Positions 24,946 through 35,368 of a DNA stretch of 64,000 bases are shown piece after piece (position 1 is the first letter of the stretch; each line of letters starts with the position of its first letter). The stretch spans positions 1-64,000 of IMG/VR virus record IMGVR_UViG_3300041405_000133; one strand, 5' to 3'. Source of the stretch: an uncultured virus (IMG/VR IMGVR_UViG_3300041405_000133) (lineage: Duplodnaviria > Heunggongvirae > Uroviricota > Caudoviricetes). A program made the translations under genes and the position numbers. The notes beneath the pieces are model-generated. The model saw only the letters and a list, made by a program, of their open reading frames with translations. It was not told the DNA's origin and did not search any database.

Positions 24946-27882
24946 TTATCTCCAGTTCAGGCGGCCAGGTGTGTTAGGCGTACCGGACGTGAGTGGGATA
25001 CCAGAACCTTGCGATGCACGAGCAAGAACCATTCCACCGATAGCCACCCGCTTCGCAGTGATAACTGCGTTGAGACCAGCGTTCGTAGTGGTGAAGTAAC
25101 CTAGGTACAGAGAAGCCTCGGCAACCGGAGTCGCTGTAGAGCCATCAACGATCTTGTACGACAACACACCAGCGATCTTCACGATCCAGACGTGATACGT
25201 CTTGTTGATGTCCACCCCAGGCGTTAGCTCGTAGGTAGTCTGTCCAATCGACTGATAGACGCCATCCAACATAGCCGGCGCATCATCAGAGAAGTAAACA
25301 GTCCACGCACTCACCGTTTTCTGGGATACGATCACGATCGAGTTGTTGATGTTCGCAATCTGTGCATCGTAATACTGGTTGAGTCCCTGAGACGGCGGCG
25401 CGGATGTAGCCACCAATGTCCCAATCATCTTCGTACCGCAGTCAATCTGACCACGAATAAATTCGGATGATTTCGTGAAGTACAATCCACGGTTAGGGAA
25501 GTTCAAGAATCCGCAAGGTGCGACATGAACGTAGTTCCAGAAGGGATCACCGATGAACGACCAAACACCACCAGTCCATGTGGCGAGAATCATCAGCTGC
25601 TCACGGTCACCTGAAACCAGGTTAACTACCGGTGGCGTCAGGCCGAGTGTATAACCGTTACTGGTTGGACGAATTACAGTTTGACCAGCCTCAGCCCAAT
25701 AATCCAAGGAAATGGAATTACTAGCCCCGTAGACACTATTCACTTGCGCAAATGTACCCGTCTGAAGACTGGCAGCGGTAACGTTTTGACGACTACCTGC
25801 GATGTCCACGCTATAAAGGAACATGCGTGTGACACGATCGCTACCGATATACAGCCCGCTGACGAATGGTGGTAAGCCACCGTATAGCTGAGGTACGATC
25901 AACTCGAACAGCAGGTTCTCAGCGGTGTTCGGTCCGTAGTACAGACCGATACCTCGCGCAGCCAGATTGTTGATGATCTGCTGTTTGAGACTGTTCATCA
26001 CCGCTGGCGATGTTTGCACAGTACCTGAGCTATTCATGTTGGTATCGATGTTGTACGCCCGAACCAACGGCCCATCTCGGCTGGTAAAACGCGCCTGACT
26101 AACGAAGAAGCCACCTGGACCCGATTCATTAAGCAACTGGATGGCATTACCTTCAGCAATACCCAGAGTGTTCAACTGATATCGGTTCTTCGTAGGCGAG
26201 AATCCACGATAGGCGTATGCGGCAGTAACTGACGAGTATTGGTAGTCTGGATTACCTTCCAATACAGATCTAACTCCCCAGCGACCGTATTGGTTAGCTG
26301 AATTCCGCGCGTTGTTCACGCAACTGACCACGTAATCGCCGATGTTGGAGTGAGCTGCAAATGACTCAGTCAAACCGCTACCATACCGACCAGTGAGGTT
26401 AGTGCCGAGGGTTTTAGGTCCCCAGAGTGTGCGAGCATCAAAGATGGTGAACGGGTCAGCGTTCTGAGGATAATCGATACGGTACAGAGTCCGCGATGTG
26501 TAATACGTGGATGTCTGGTGAGTCCACATCTGGTTGAACTTCGTGGTATATATCGATGCTGCCGATTGACCGCCCAGCGTAGACAAGAAAATACCAGACG
26601 TAGCCAGCGGGGCAGCGGGGCTATCGTTGAACGTGAATACGGCGCCATTGTAGTTGATCACAGCCTTTTGGTTGTAATAACGAGCAACGTCAATAACCTT
26701 GTTGTCAGGGATCAGGAAGTTGAAAACGTAGTTCCGACCAACCTCTGAGGTCGCGCCATCCACAGCGTAGAACTGCTGATAGAACTGCTGGAAAACGTTG
26801 ACACGCCCGTCTTCACGAACCATTACCTGTCTACCACAACTCGCGTTAACGAGTGAGTGCATCCCAGCTGGGCTACCAGTCATGACGAACGGAGTTTGAC
26901 CGCTATCGAACAACTGGATGTCATCGCTACCAATAACACCGCCCGATCCACGGTTAATGGTCCAACCAGTTACACGTTCGAATCCACCCAACGAACCTGA
27001 GATCAGATTAGCGACAGGGCATCGCCAAACTCGATAACCGATCTTATTTTCAGCGAAGAGATCGATCAGGAAGTAAGCCCAACCGCCTTTGATGTAACCC
27101 ATAGGCACGCCGAACTGAGCAGGACCGGCGCCGGTATGTTCCATGTAGCTCCGAAGAACTACGTTGAAGAGATAACCTTCAGGAATGAAGAAGCCGGTAT
27201 GTTTCGTGTGGTCCATCGTGTTGTTTGTAAGCGACACGAAGTATCCGTTACGAGCTCCGTCAGACTTGTTACACATCACGCCGATGATGAGATCTTGACT
27301 ACCGTGAAGGATCGCCATTGCTCTCAAGCTGGCTGGGAAATAGGCCGGCTCGTATCGGGTGTTGGACATGATGATTTTAGTGAGGTCCGTCTCTGTCTGC
27401 GCGTTGCGGATGTAACCGTAGTAAACCCCTTTGGAGTCACCGTCAGTACCTGTCCGCAACATCATCAGAGTGCCGTTGTCCTCCATCATCATCGCCACGG
27501 TACTCCAAGGAGTCAGGTTAGAACCCGACTCAAAGGAACCAGTGATGTTCGGTGGAAGGAATTCACGGTCACCGTAGAAAGACATTGGAACGCCAGAGTC
27601 CGCATCCAAGATGAGGTCGAGGCTGGCGTCGAATTCTTCCTTGTTGTAACTGCCAAGACTGTTCGGAACATCCTTGTGGATATTCTGACCTTTCTTGTCG
27701 GTGTGTGCAGTTACTTCAGCAAGCAATTGTGCCTGAACTTGGGCAGCTGTTTTGTTTTCCAGCTTGTCGGCGTAATCAGCATGCTGGGTACGATCAGCTG
27801 GCCGTGCCAGCGCAGCCATGAGTTCAGTTTTGAATTCCCTGAACCCAGCAGCAACAGCAGCAAGGGCTGTAGTCTTCGACAT
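24946..27882 (-). CDS. long tail fibre / receptor-binding protein (phiKZ gp131-like family)
   Basis: 978 aa, G/S/T/N-rich. GSFESG..AMMMEDNGTLMMLR..YEPAYFP; shares the C-terminal domain with its neighbours. Confidence 0.75.
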   Translation of the reverse strand: MSKTTALAAVAAGFREFKTELMAALARPADRTQHADYADKLENKTAAQVQAQLLAEVTAHTDKKGQNIHKDVPNSLGSYNKEEFDASLDLILDADSGVPMSFYGDREFLPPNITGSFESGSNLTPWSTVAMMMEDNGTLMMLRTGTDGDSKGVYYGYIRNAQTETDLTKIIMSNTRYEPAYFPASLRAMAILHGSQDLIIGVMCNKSDGARNGYFVSLTNNTMDHTKHTGFFIPEGYLFNVVLRSYMEHTGAGPAQFGVPMGYIKGGWAYFLIDLFAENKIGYRVWRCPVANLISGSLGGFERVTGWTINRGSGGVIGSDDIQLFDSGQTPFVMTGSPAGMHSLVNASCGRQVMVREDGRVNVFQQFYQQFYAVDGATSEVGRNYVFNFLIPDNKVIDVARYYNQKAVINYNGAVFTFNDSPAAPLATSGIFLSTLGGQSAASIYTTKFNQMWTHQTSTYYTSRTLYRIDYPQNADPFTIFDARTLWGPKTLGTNLTGRYGSGLTESFAAHSNIGDYVVSCVNNARNSANQYGRWGVRSVLEGNPDYQYSSVTAAYAYRGFSPTKNRYQLNTLGIAEGNAIQLLNESGPGGFFVSQARFTSRDGPLVRAYNIDTNMNSSGTVQTSPAVMNSLKQQIINNLAARGIGLYYGPNTAENLLFELIVPQLYGGLPPFVSGLYIGSDRVTRMFLYSVDIAGSRQNVTAASLQTGTFAQVNSVYGASNSISLDYWAEAGQTVIRPTSNGYTLGLTPPVVNLVSGDREQLMILATWTGGVWSFIGDPFWNYVHVAPCGFLNFPNRGLYFTKSSEFIRGQIDCGTKMIGTLVATSAPPSQGLNQYYDAQIANINNSIVIVSQKTVSAWTVYFSDDAPAMLDGVYQSIGQTTYELTPGVDINKTYHVWIVKIAGVLSYKIVDGSTATPVAEASLYLGYFTTTNAGLNAVITAKRVAIGGMVLARASQGSGIPLTSGTPNTPGRLNWR

Positions 27883-27909
27883 CGTAGAAACTCCTGGATG
27901 CGCTTTGGT

Positions 27910-28551
27910 TTAAAGTAACGCCAGTTCGCCAGCGGCTGTTTCGAAGCAGAGAGCGAGCTTCATGCAGAAGTCATCGATCGAATCGAACTTCTTGCCGACC
28001 TGGGTCAGAAGCAGTTGACGAGATGCCAGATCACCGTCGCGGATAGCCGCAGCGATATCAGCATTGGACTCGACAACGTACTTCATGCCGTACAGATCGT
28101 AGGCGCTGTGTAAGTGCGGTGCAGGAACGAACTGAGAAGGAACCCCGATAAGGTCACCCCACGCCACTGGGCGGTTATCATTCTGCAACGCCTCGATGGC
28201 TTGTTTGAGTGCATAGGTAGAGAATGAAAATTCACCACCTACGTACTGGCACGTCAGAAGGATGTTGGTACTGACATCTGGATTAACGATCTGCACTGCC
28301 GAGTAGACAGCTTGGCCGGCGGCGTTAGACGCTTCCCGGTAGTAGTGAACCAGGTTGTAGTCATCGACTGCATCCAGCTCACGACCGTTAGCCGCATCCT
28401 TGATGATGACGTTACCGCCGAAGAATGGACCGTAGTCAGCAACGAAGATCCGACCTTTCACCGATCCAATCGAGTGCGCCTCATCGATCACTTTGTTATC
28501 AGGACTTGTCCCGAAAAGGTCGAGAGGATATTTGAAGATAGTGTTAGCCAT
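27910..28551 (-). CDS. tail-fibre-associated virion protein (paralog of 32991-33716)
   Basis: YPLDLFGTSPDNKVIDE..GPFF..QYVGG..PAPHLH. Confidence 0.75.
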   Translation of the reverse strand: MANTIFKYPLDLFGTSPDNKVIDEAHSIGSVKGRIFVADYGPFFGGNVIIKDAANGRELDAVDDYNLVHYYREASNAAGQAVYSAVQIVNPDVSTNILLTCQYVGGEFSFSTYALKQAIEALQNDNRPVAWGDLIGVPSQFVPAPHLHSAYDLYGMKYVVESNADIAAAIRDGDLASRQLLLTQVGKKFDSIDDFCMKLALCFETAAGELALL

Positions 28552-28617
28552 TTCAGCATAACCCCGAAAGAAGAGGATTGGAGATTACTAGCCGTCTGAG
28601 TACAAAGGATTTGCGAC

Positions 28618-29337
28618 TTACGAAATCCACGCAGGATTAAGTTGAGCCAACAAGTCAGGCGTGCTGGTAGTAACAGGGATTGCAGAACCTACAGGCGTTG
28701 CAGAGACACGGTACGTATCGATGCGAGTAACCCGTTGGATAGCGAAGGAAGAGATCCCTGCGGCGCCAGTGACGACCTTACCGATGTACATCCTACCGCT
28801 TGTCTCGGCAAATGCATCTGGCGACACCAGATACTTGATTACAGACCCATCGAACCGCAGATAAACGAAGAACGTTTTGTTCGCCGCATTCGGTACGAGT
28901 GCGTTGAGGTCGATGTTGATAATCGGAGCTGGTAAATCGTACCCAGCCATCATCGATGGAACTTGAGCCGTGAAGGACAGAACCCATCCAGAAAACGAGA
29001 TGGGTAGAGCCGATCCAGCGAAATCACCATACCGGCTGATAGGCAGCGATCCACGAGGGATAGCGATACCCAACACTGCATTAACCGTTGCGTTATCCAC
29101 GCCATCAAGACTATCAGCGGTGATTCCGTGCGGGTTATTCCTATCAGCAGCGTGCGTTGTACCAATAGCTGTGCCGGCGTCAATGAGTGTGGTTGCTGTA
29201 TCCGTTCCGATTAGTTTGGAGTTGTCGGCCAAACCAGCGGTATCCGGCTTCCTACTTAATGCCGCTAAGACTTTTACACGAAGCGCATCAAATGCATCGT
29301 GCATTATCTGAATTAGCTGGGAATTATCTTCAGCCAT
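28618..29337 (-). CDS. tail-fibre-family paralog (short)
   Basis: NNPHGIT, LPISRYG, NKTFFVYL, RIDTYRVS..GSAIP..W. Confidence 0.75.
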   Translation of the reverse strand: MAEDNSQLIQIMHDAFDALRVKVLAALSRKPDTAGLADNSKLIGTDTATTLIDAGTAIGTTHAADRNNPHGITADSLDGVDNATVNAVLGIAIPRGSLPISRYGDFAGSALPISFSGWVLSFTAQVPSMMAGYDLPAPIINIDLNALVPNAANKTFFVYLRFDGSVIKYLVSPDAFAETSGRMYIGKVVTGAAGISSFAIQRVTRIDTYRVSATPVGSAIPVTTSTPDLLAQLNPAWIS

Positions 29338-29349
29338 GAGTTACTCCGA

Positions 29350-30066
29350 TTAACTTAACCAATCGTTACCGATGTGGTCGTTAAAGACCGGCAGGTCAGC
29401 AGTGCTAGGAATCGCCCCACCAACAGCATCTTTGGAGATACGGTAATGATCAAGCTTAGTCACTGCGGTCAGGTTAACTGCTGTAAACGTGTTAGCGTTG
29501 GTCGTTACAGTACCAATGAAGAAGCGAGTCCACGTTTCAATTAGCGTTGTTTCAGACACCGTGTACTGGGCAACGCCGCCGACAATTTCGACGTACACCT
29601 TGTACGTCTTGTTAGCAGGGTCACCGAACAGCGCTACGAAGTCGAGCGATTGCGCAGGGAGGCTGTAATACGTACCCCACATGAGCAAAGGGTTCTCTGT
29701 CAGGAAGTTCAGAACGAACTGAACGTAACCAGTCAAGACGATAGTCCCACCGAGATCACCAAACTGAGAGACGGGAAGAATACCTTGAACCAATTTCTCA
29801 GCCGCTGTTGCATTCACAGCCGCAGGTGTTGGTGCATCCAGAATAACTGGGGTTAACCCATGTGGATTGTTCGTCAACAGAGCGTGAGCTGAGATAGACG
29901 AATCGATTTGAGTTTTCATACTCGACGGAATCACCCCATTGAGCGCGGTACTGTCGTCAGCAGTACCGGCCGTTGGAGCTTTCCGGGTCAAGATGCGAGT
30001 GATTTGGTTGGTGAACGATGTCACCTTCGTCTTCAGCTCTTCAATCTTTTCCAGAAGCGTTGACAT
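29350..30066 (-). CDS. tail-fibre-family paralog (short)
   Basis: NNPHGLT, LPVSQFG, NKTYKVYV, KLDHYRIS..GGAIP..W. Confidence 0.75.
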   Translation of the reverse strand: MSTLLEKIEELKTKVTSFTNQITRILTRKAPTAGTADDSTALNGVIPSSMKTQIDSSISAHALLTNNPHGLTPVILDAPTPAAVNATAAEKLVQGILPVSQFGDLGGTIVLTGYVQFVLNFLTENPLLMWGTYYSLPAQSLDFVALFGDPANKTYKVYVEIVGGVAQYTVSETTLIETWTRFFIGTVTTNANTFTAVNLTAVTKLDHYRISKDAVGGAIPSTADLPVFNDHIGNDWLS

Positions 30067-30070
30067 TTGA

Positions 30071-32974
30071 TCAGCTCCATTCCAAGGTGTCTGGGGATGA
30101 AGGCAAGCCGTTACTCACAGGAATCGACGAACCCTTCGCTTCAGTGTTGAGGCGGAAGGTGCCAATGCGAGTGACTTTATCTGTAACGATCGAAGTGATC
30201 TTCACGTCGTTCGTAGTGATAGTACCCAGGTACATCGTACCGATACCCTCTGGAGAAGGACCAGCTTCAATCGCGTACGAGCAGCTATCACCTGACTGCT
30301 TCAGATAAATGTAGAACGTCTTATTCTTCAAGGTTCCTTCCGCAGTAAACAGAAGGGACAAGTCGATGCTTTGCACCGGCATCACGAAGTACTTCCCACC
30401 AATCACAACAGGCACAGGTTCAGAGAAGTAAACGATCCATCCTTGCGCCACTTCTTGGGAAGCGAGAACTGTACGCTGCTCAATAGGTGGTACTGTCGCC
30501 TTAACCCAAGCATCGAACTCAGCTTCAGTTTTAGCGATTGGTAGGAATACCAATTTAGTCGCATCGTCAGAGATACCTGATTCAGCCAACGTAGACCAGC
30601 TATAACCAAACCCTAAGTCAGGTGAAGCGACGAAGTTGCGGGTGTTGGTATAATGGTTGAAGAGAACGTTGTTGAACACGTTAGCGCTGACAAACAACCC
30701 GGTTGACTTCTTGTACTTGAACGCAATGCTGGACAGAGCGGCAGAGCCTGGTACGTTTACGTTCCAGACGTTCGATGCACCAATGAGGAAAGCATCAGCC
30801 ACTTCGTAGATGCAGCAGGCGCCAGCGTTATTCGAGTTAACCGAAGAATATCCAATACTCGCAGCAGTGCTTGTGTACAATATCCCAGGAGCGAGTATCG
30901 CGCCAATGCTGGCAATTGCAATCACGTTACCTGCACCATCAGCAGACAGGTTAACCTGGGCTACAGTGATGCCGTGCTTCTTGTCAGTTGTCATGAAACT
31001 ACACATGACGAACGGTGGACATGTGGTGGCAGTCGGGATTACCAGATCGACTTTGATCGTATCGACGCTATAGCCAAGACCTGTCAGTTGTGAACTGAGC
31101 ATGCCTTCGAGCGAGGTCATCAAAGCAGCGCTGATGGCGACTGTAGGACCTACCGCCAACTCTGGACTGATACTAGACGCACCCGTCAGCTTAACGCCAC
31201 TGATGAACCGCTTACCAGATACGGTAATGACCCCACCCGATGAGACCTCCTGCACCAAACAAACATAGTTCGATTCAGTCAACCCGTCGTCAGCTACATA
31301 TTTCCGAACAGTCGACGGTTTATAGCCAGTCATATCTGACAGATATAGCGACGAGTAATTGTAGGTCGGAGATCCTTCCAATTGGGTATACGCTACACCA
31401 CGTTTCCAATTACCGGCCGCGTCAACACCATCTGACCACAGAAGTAGTTTAGTTGGAGAAACGAGAACAGGGGTTACCAAGTTACCGCCGATTGGCGAAC
31501 CGTATTGAGCCCGGTTAGTCACAGCAGCAACGATAGTGGTTTCTGCAACCAGACACTTAAGCGCATTGAACTTATTCGTCCAACCAGTGACTTTACCGTA
31601 ACTAATACCGACGCCATCTACGGTGTTCTGATTTGAGATCCGCGCCACGTTACCGGAGTCATCGAACGCGTATTGCGATTGCTGAGCGCCTGGTGAAGAC
31701 ATGGCATCGAGAGTCTGACCATCAAATACCGGACCGCTGTAGATATCAGCTGTAACCGTTGTAGATGTAGCGGTGTTCTGAACGTCGAACCCAGGGTCGA
31801 GCTGAGCCACCTTCGTTACTGGATTGTACGTCCAGCTAAACGTCATTGTCTTATACGCCGCGCCAGTCACGACGTAACGAGACTGAGACCAGACCTTAGT
31901 GCGAATAGTTCCATCAGGACCCACAGCCGATGCAAGCGCTGGAACACCGTAGTACATCGCGTTGACCGAGCTGAATGTACCGCTATTGAGAACCATCGGC
32001 TTGTCAGCAGGGACAGTACTCATGAGTTTATCGCAGAACCGCATCGTACTCCTGTTAGAGTACAGTACGTTTCCGAAACCAGTTGTGGTGATATCGGTCA
32101 CTGGAGTCACATCCAGTTCGCCACCGTTTGCTGCAACTACGTCAGCCAGAGGAACCGTAGAGACGTCGACTTCCCATGGATTAGCGCCGGAGCTAACGTT
32201 CGTTAGTCCGTAGTAGATGACGAGATCCCCAGCGACAAAACACTCACCAGTACCACCACCCATCGCCGCGAACGTGGCTTGAGTTACGATACCGCCAGTA
32301 TGCTTACTGTCGTCCATGGTGCCGTTGGTCAACGCTAGGAAATAATCACCTGCAACACCATCGGCATCTTGAAGCTGGCCGAAAACAACAGTGCTCGAGC
32401 ACGAGAATACGGTCTGTGCAGTCATCCCAACTGGAAAGAAGGAAGGATGATACCGTTTGTTTGTCTTCGTCGGTTGTTGGTTTGGTTTACTGGTAGCCCC
32501 TGCAACGTAAGCGTAGAACACACCACGTACAGAACCGTTGGTTGCGTTACGCAGATAAACTAGCGTGCCGTCATCTTCGAACATCATCGCAGCGGTTTTT
32601 GGGTTGAATGTGGTTGTACCAGATTCGAACGTACCCAAGATACCTGTCGGCAGATAGTTGTTACTACCGAACCGAGAGATGGGGCAGATGCCAGATGGAA
32701 GCAGCGGTGCTTGAACAGCAGTCCACTGATCCTTACTGAGGATACCTACCGACGCCGCGCTATCGTTGTGAGCAGCTTTACCGGTCAACCCAACGTGCGA
32801 GTTCACTGCACCGCGAATGAACGCGGTGAGTGCCGTTAACGCCATCCCGCCAACCTTGAGAGTATTGTCGGCCAGTACAGCGAACTTACGTTTGTTTTTG
32901 ACGATATCGGCCGTCAGGCTGTACAGTCGATTCATCGCCGCTTTGTTCTCGGCGATCTTCTCGCTTAAACTCAT
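30071..32974 (-). CDS. long tail fibre / receptor-binding protein (paralog of 24946-27882)
   Basis: 967 aa. GTFESG..AMMFEDDGTLVYLR..YHPSFFP..LTNGTMDDSKHTG; C-terminal NKTFYIYL..RIGTFRL..GSSIP..W. Confidence 0.75.
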   Translation of the reverse strand: MSLSEKIAENKAAMNRLYSLTADIVKNKRKFAVLADNTLKVGGMALTALTAFIRGAVNSHVGLTGKAAHNDSAASVGILSKDQWTAVQAPLLPSGICPISRFGSNNYLPTGILGTFESGTTTFNPKTAAMMFEDDGTLVYLRNATNGSVRGVFYAYVAGATSKPNQQPTKTNKRYHPSFFPVGMTAQTVFSCSSTVVFGQLQDADGVAGDYFLALTNGTMDDSKHTGGIVTQATFAAMGGGTGECFVAGDLVIYYGLTNVSSGANPWEVDVSTVPLADVVAANGGELDVTPVTDITTTGFGNVLYSNRSTMRFCDKLMSTVPADKPMVLNSGTFSSVNAMYYGVPALASAVGPDGTIRTKVWSQSRYVVTGAAYKTMTFSWTYNPVTKVAQLDPGFDVQNTATSTTVTADIYSGPVFDGQTLDAMSSPGAQQSQYAFDDSGNVARISNQNTVDGVGISYGKVTGWTNKFNALKCLVAETTIVAAVTNRAQYGSPIGGNLVTPVLVSPTKLLLWSDGVDAAGNWKRGVAYTQLEGSPTYNYSSLYLSDMTGYKPSTVRKYVADDGLTESNYVCLVQEVSSGGVITVSGKRFISGVKLTGASSISPELAVGPTVAISAALMTSLEGMLSSQLTGLGYSVDTIKVDLVIPTATTCPPFVMCSFMTTDKKHGITVAQVNLSADGAGNVIAIASIGAILAPGILYTSTAASIGYSSVNSNNAGACCIYEVADAFLIGASNVWNVNVPGSAALSSIAFKYKKSTGLFVSANVFNNVLFNHYTNTRNFVASPDLGFGYSWSTLAESGISDDATKLVFLPIAKTEAEFDAWVKATVPPIEQRTVLASQEVAQGWIVYFSEPVPVVIGGKYFVMPVQSIDLSLLFTAEGTLKNKTFYIYLKQSGDSCSYAIEAGPSPEGIGTMYLGTITTNDVKITSIVTDKVTRIGTFRLNTEAKGSSIPVSNGLPSSPDTLEWS

Positions 32975-32990
32975 GGGATGGCATCCTTGG

Positions 32991-33716
32991 TTAAATGTTG
33001 GACAGTTGATCGGCTGCGGTGTTGTAAGAGTCAGTCATCGAAACAACCAAGTTCTCAACGTCATCAGCAGATACACCGAAGCCCAATGCTTCAAGACGTG
33101 CGTCGATCTCGTCTGCTGTGTAGAACTCAGACATAAGGATCGGCGGATTCTGCAACCAATCGTTAGTACGTTCACGAATCGCAGATGCGATATCGTAGTT
33201 CGACGCGATCAGTTCAGCCATACCGGTCAAGTCATCTGCCGGGTGGTTGTGCTCGGTCGGTGGATAGACTTCTGGTTTATCACTAACTTCATCGAAGGTG
33301 ACAAAGCGTGGGTCGGCAATCTTGTTCGACATGATCTCGAGGATCTTGTTCTCAGGAAGAGTCCAGTTACCACCAAGGGTCTGGTAGGTCTGAACGAGCT
33401 CGCCGGAGAGAGTCAAGTCGAAAAGCAGGATACTGGCGTAGACGCCGCCAAGCTTATTCTGCAACTCGTAACTCGCAGCATTAAAGCGGTGACCAGGCGC
33501 CCAGTCCGTCCCACGGATCAGAGTCCGACCAGTAGGAGTATGTTTGAGAACCATGGTGTCACGGAAGAACGGACCAGCCCACGGAAGGATGAAGTGGAAC
33601 TCCAATTCTTCTTGCGGAGGTTGTAGTGTGCGCTTCTCGTTGATGACCTTGTTCGTTAGAGCAGCGCCCGTTTCATCCAATGGGTAAAGATATTGCGTGA
33701 CGTCATCGGTAGCCAT
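32991..33716 (-). CDS. tail-fibre-associated virion protein (paralog of 27910-28551)
   Basis: YPLDETGAALTNKVINE..GPFF..QTLGG..PTEHNH. Confidence 0.75.
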   Translation of the reverse strand: MATDDVTQYLYPLDETGAALTNKVINEKRTLQPPQEELEFHFILPWAGPFFRDTMVLKHTPTGRTLIRGTDWAPGHRFNAASYELQNKLGGVYASILLFDLTLSGELVQTYQTLGGNWTLPENKILEIMSNKIADPRFVTFDEVSDKPEVYPPTEHNHPADDLTGMAELIASNYDIASAIRERTNDWLQNPPILMSEFYTADEIDARLEALGFGVSADDVENLVVSMTDSYNTAADQLSNI

Positions 33717-33796
33717 TTACTGGTCCCCATTAAAATATGAGCCTCAACGGTTTATCGAGGTAATGAACATATGATTTTTTACTTGAGGTGTTTTAT

Positions 33797-35047
33797 ATGT
33801 ATACCTGCGTAAAAGCACTCATTCGCCAACGAGGCGATAATCAGAGATTGACTGAAGCGCAGGTAGGCGATGCGGCAGTTCGTACTCTGATGGCTGAGAA
33901 CAGTACGGTCTATTTGATCCTGACACATCCGACCATTAATCATCAGGTCGGCTTGGATCTGGATACGATTGAAGATGTCATCTACCGTATTGCTGATGGC
34001 ATTACTGTGGATCAGTGGCTTCAGTCGAGAGGCGATGAAACGCTGCCAACGTCGGACACCTTGATGAAGGTAGAAGCTGCTTCGTGCGGTTACAATGACC
34101 TCTTTGCGGCTGGCTACAAGATCCAACTCCAACACCCAACTGCGGGTGAAGGTACACAACTGCCTGATAGCGAACTTACAGACATTCTGGTAACGAAGTC
34201 TGACTTCGATTACAAGATGTTGTTTGACTACGGCCTTGCCACGGTCAATGGTCTTCTCCACATCACCGATTACTCGACTCGTGGTTGGAAGATCAAAGAA
34301 GGTGGCCGTTCGACTCAGTTTGCCAAGCGTCACGATCTGGGTCTGATCAGCTTCAAGAACGTCGGTAAGTTGACATGTATTCCGATCAAACCTGAGATGG
34401 TCCTGCCTTATGGTGGCCTTCCGATGAAGAACGGTTTCATCATCAACACTCCTGGCGTTGATCTGACCAACAAAGTCGTCATGTTGTCTGTCGGCGGTTA
34501 CCTCCACTTTGCCAATGAATGTTACACCGTCATTGGTGATCGTTCGATTAAGTTCGACTGGTGGAAATACCCGCTGGAACACCGCTACTACAATTCCAAC
34601 AAACTCATCAACATGAAAGCGTTCCTCGATACGATGGTACGCAACGAAGACCATGGCGATGCGCTGGACTTGAATCAAGCGAACAGCGACGCGTCCATCA
34701 CGGCGTACATGTCTTTACCGCAGTCGTTCATCATCCTGCTGGATGCTAAGAACTTCTACTACGAGCGACATGCTCTGGAACGCACCGGTCTGCCTGGTCG
34801 CTACTACAGCTACGAACTGCCGAAGTTCCCAATGCAGCTCGAGAACGGTTTGCTTCCGGCTTACGTGGCGATGCCTGAGTCGGGTATGTACTCCCTCGCA
34901 ATCTACGAGAACCTGATTCGTAACTTCCAGCATGACACGAAGAAGCCTGCCGACGACATGTACTTCAACGGCGCTCGGAAATCTTCCAACCTCGGCCATT
35001 ACGCTTCTGCGTATCTGCTCGAGATGGGGACTGAGTTCCTGACTTAG
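33797..35047 (+). CDS. putative virion structural protein
   Basis: ATG at 33797 after SD GAGGTG, ~416 aa. LATVNGLLH and MLSVGGYLH motifs recalled from conserved phiKZ-like virion proteins. Confidence 0.7.
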   Translation: MYTCVKALIRQRGDNQRLTEAQVGDAAVRTLMAENSTVYLILTHPTINHQVGLDLDTIEDVIYRIADGITVDQWLQSRGDETLPTSDTLMKVEAASCGYNDLFAAGYKIQLQHPTAGEGTQLPDSELTDILVTKSDFDYKMLFDYGLATVNGLLHITDYSTRGWKIKEGGRSTQFAKRHDLGLISFKNVGKLTCIPIKPEMVLPYGGLPMKNGFIINTPGVDLTNKVVMLSVGGYLHFANECYTVIGDRSIKFDWWKYPLEHRYYNSNKLINMKAFLDTMVRNEDHGDALDLNQANSDASITAYMSLPQSFIILLDAKNFYYERHALERTGLPGRYYSYELPKFPMQLENGLLPAYVAMPESGMYSLAIYENLIRNFQHDTKKPADDMYFNGARKSSNLGHYASAYLLEMGTEFLT

Positions 35048-35062
35048 CCTTCAGCGTAGATG

Positions 35063-35100
35063 TGACATAAGAGCCGGGGCTTCCCCCGGCTCTCTATGCT
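35063..35100. terminator. bidirectional hairpin, TATG class
   Basis: gacata-AGAGCCGGGG-cttc-CCCCGGCTCT-ctatgct between convergent genes; no U-tract on either strand. Confidence 0.8.
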
Positions 35101-35101
35101 G

Positions 35102-35368
35102 TTAAGTTGGTAATGTCATCCACGGGTTACCGTTTGCTTCGTGAGTACATGAGGCTTTGTTACCAGTACGGACAACAGGAATACCGTCGATAGTCATCCA
35201 TGCGGAACCTTCAACCATCTTAGGTCCTGCGTGAGAGCCCGTACCGTGTCCTGTAACGTCATCCCCTAGCAAGGATATCGGTTTACCGAGAACGGTCCAT
35301 GTAGGCTTCCCTGGACCGCTAATAACCCCACCTGCTTGCGATTCGCCTACGAGTGAAATAGGTAGCAT
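35102..35368 (-). CDS. PAAR-like tail spike tip protein
   Basis: 88 aa with three repeats PISLVG / PISLLGD / PVVRTG and metal-binding His/Cys (GHGTGSH, SCTH). ATG overlaps the spike gene TGA. Confidence 0.85.
   Translation of the reverse strand: MLPISLVGESQAGGVISGPGKPTWTVLGKPISLLGDDVTGHGTGSHAGPKMVEGSAWMTIDGIPVVRTGNKASCTHEANGNPWMTLPT

Noticed and set aside
23514..33716. Possible shufflon or diversity-generating retroelement acting on tail-fibre C-termini
   Set aside because: All paralogs are intact, co-oriented and similar only at protein level. I saw no near-identical nucleotide TR/VR pair, reverse transcriptase or invertase in the window.
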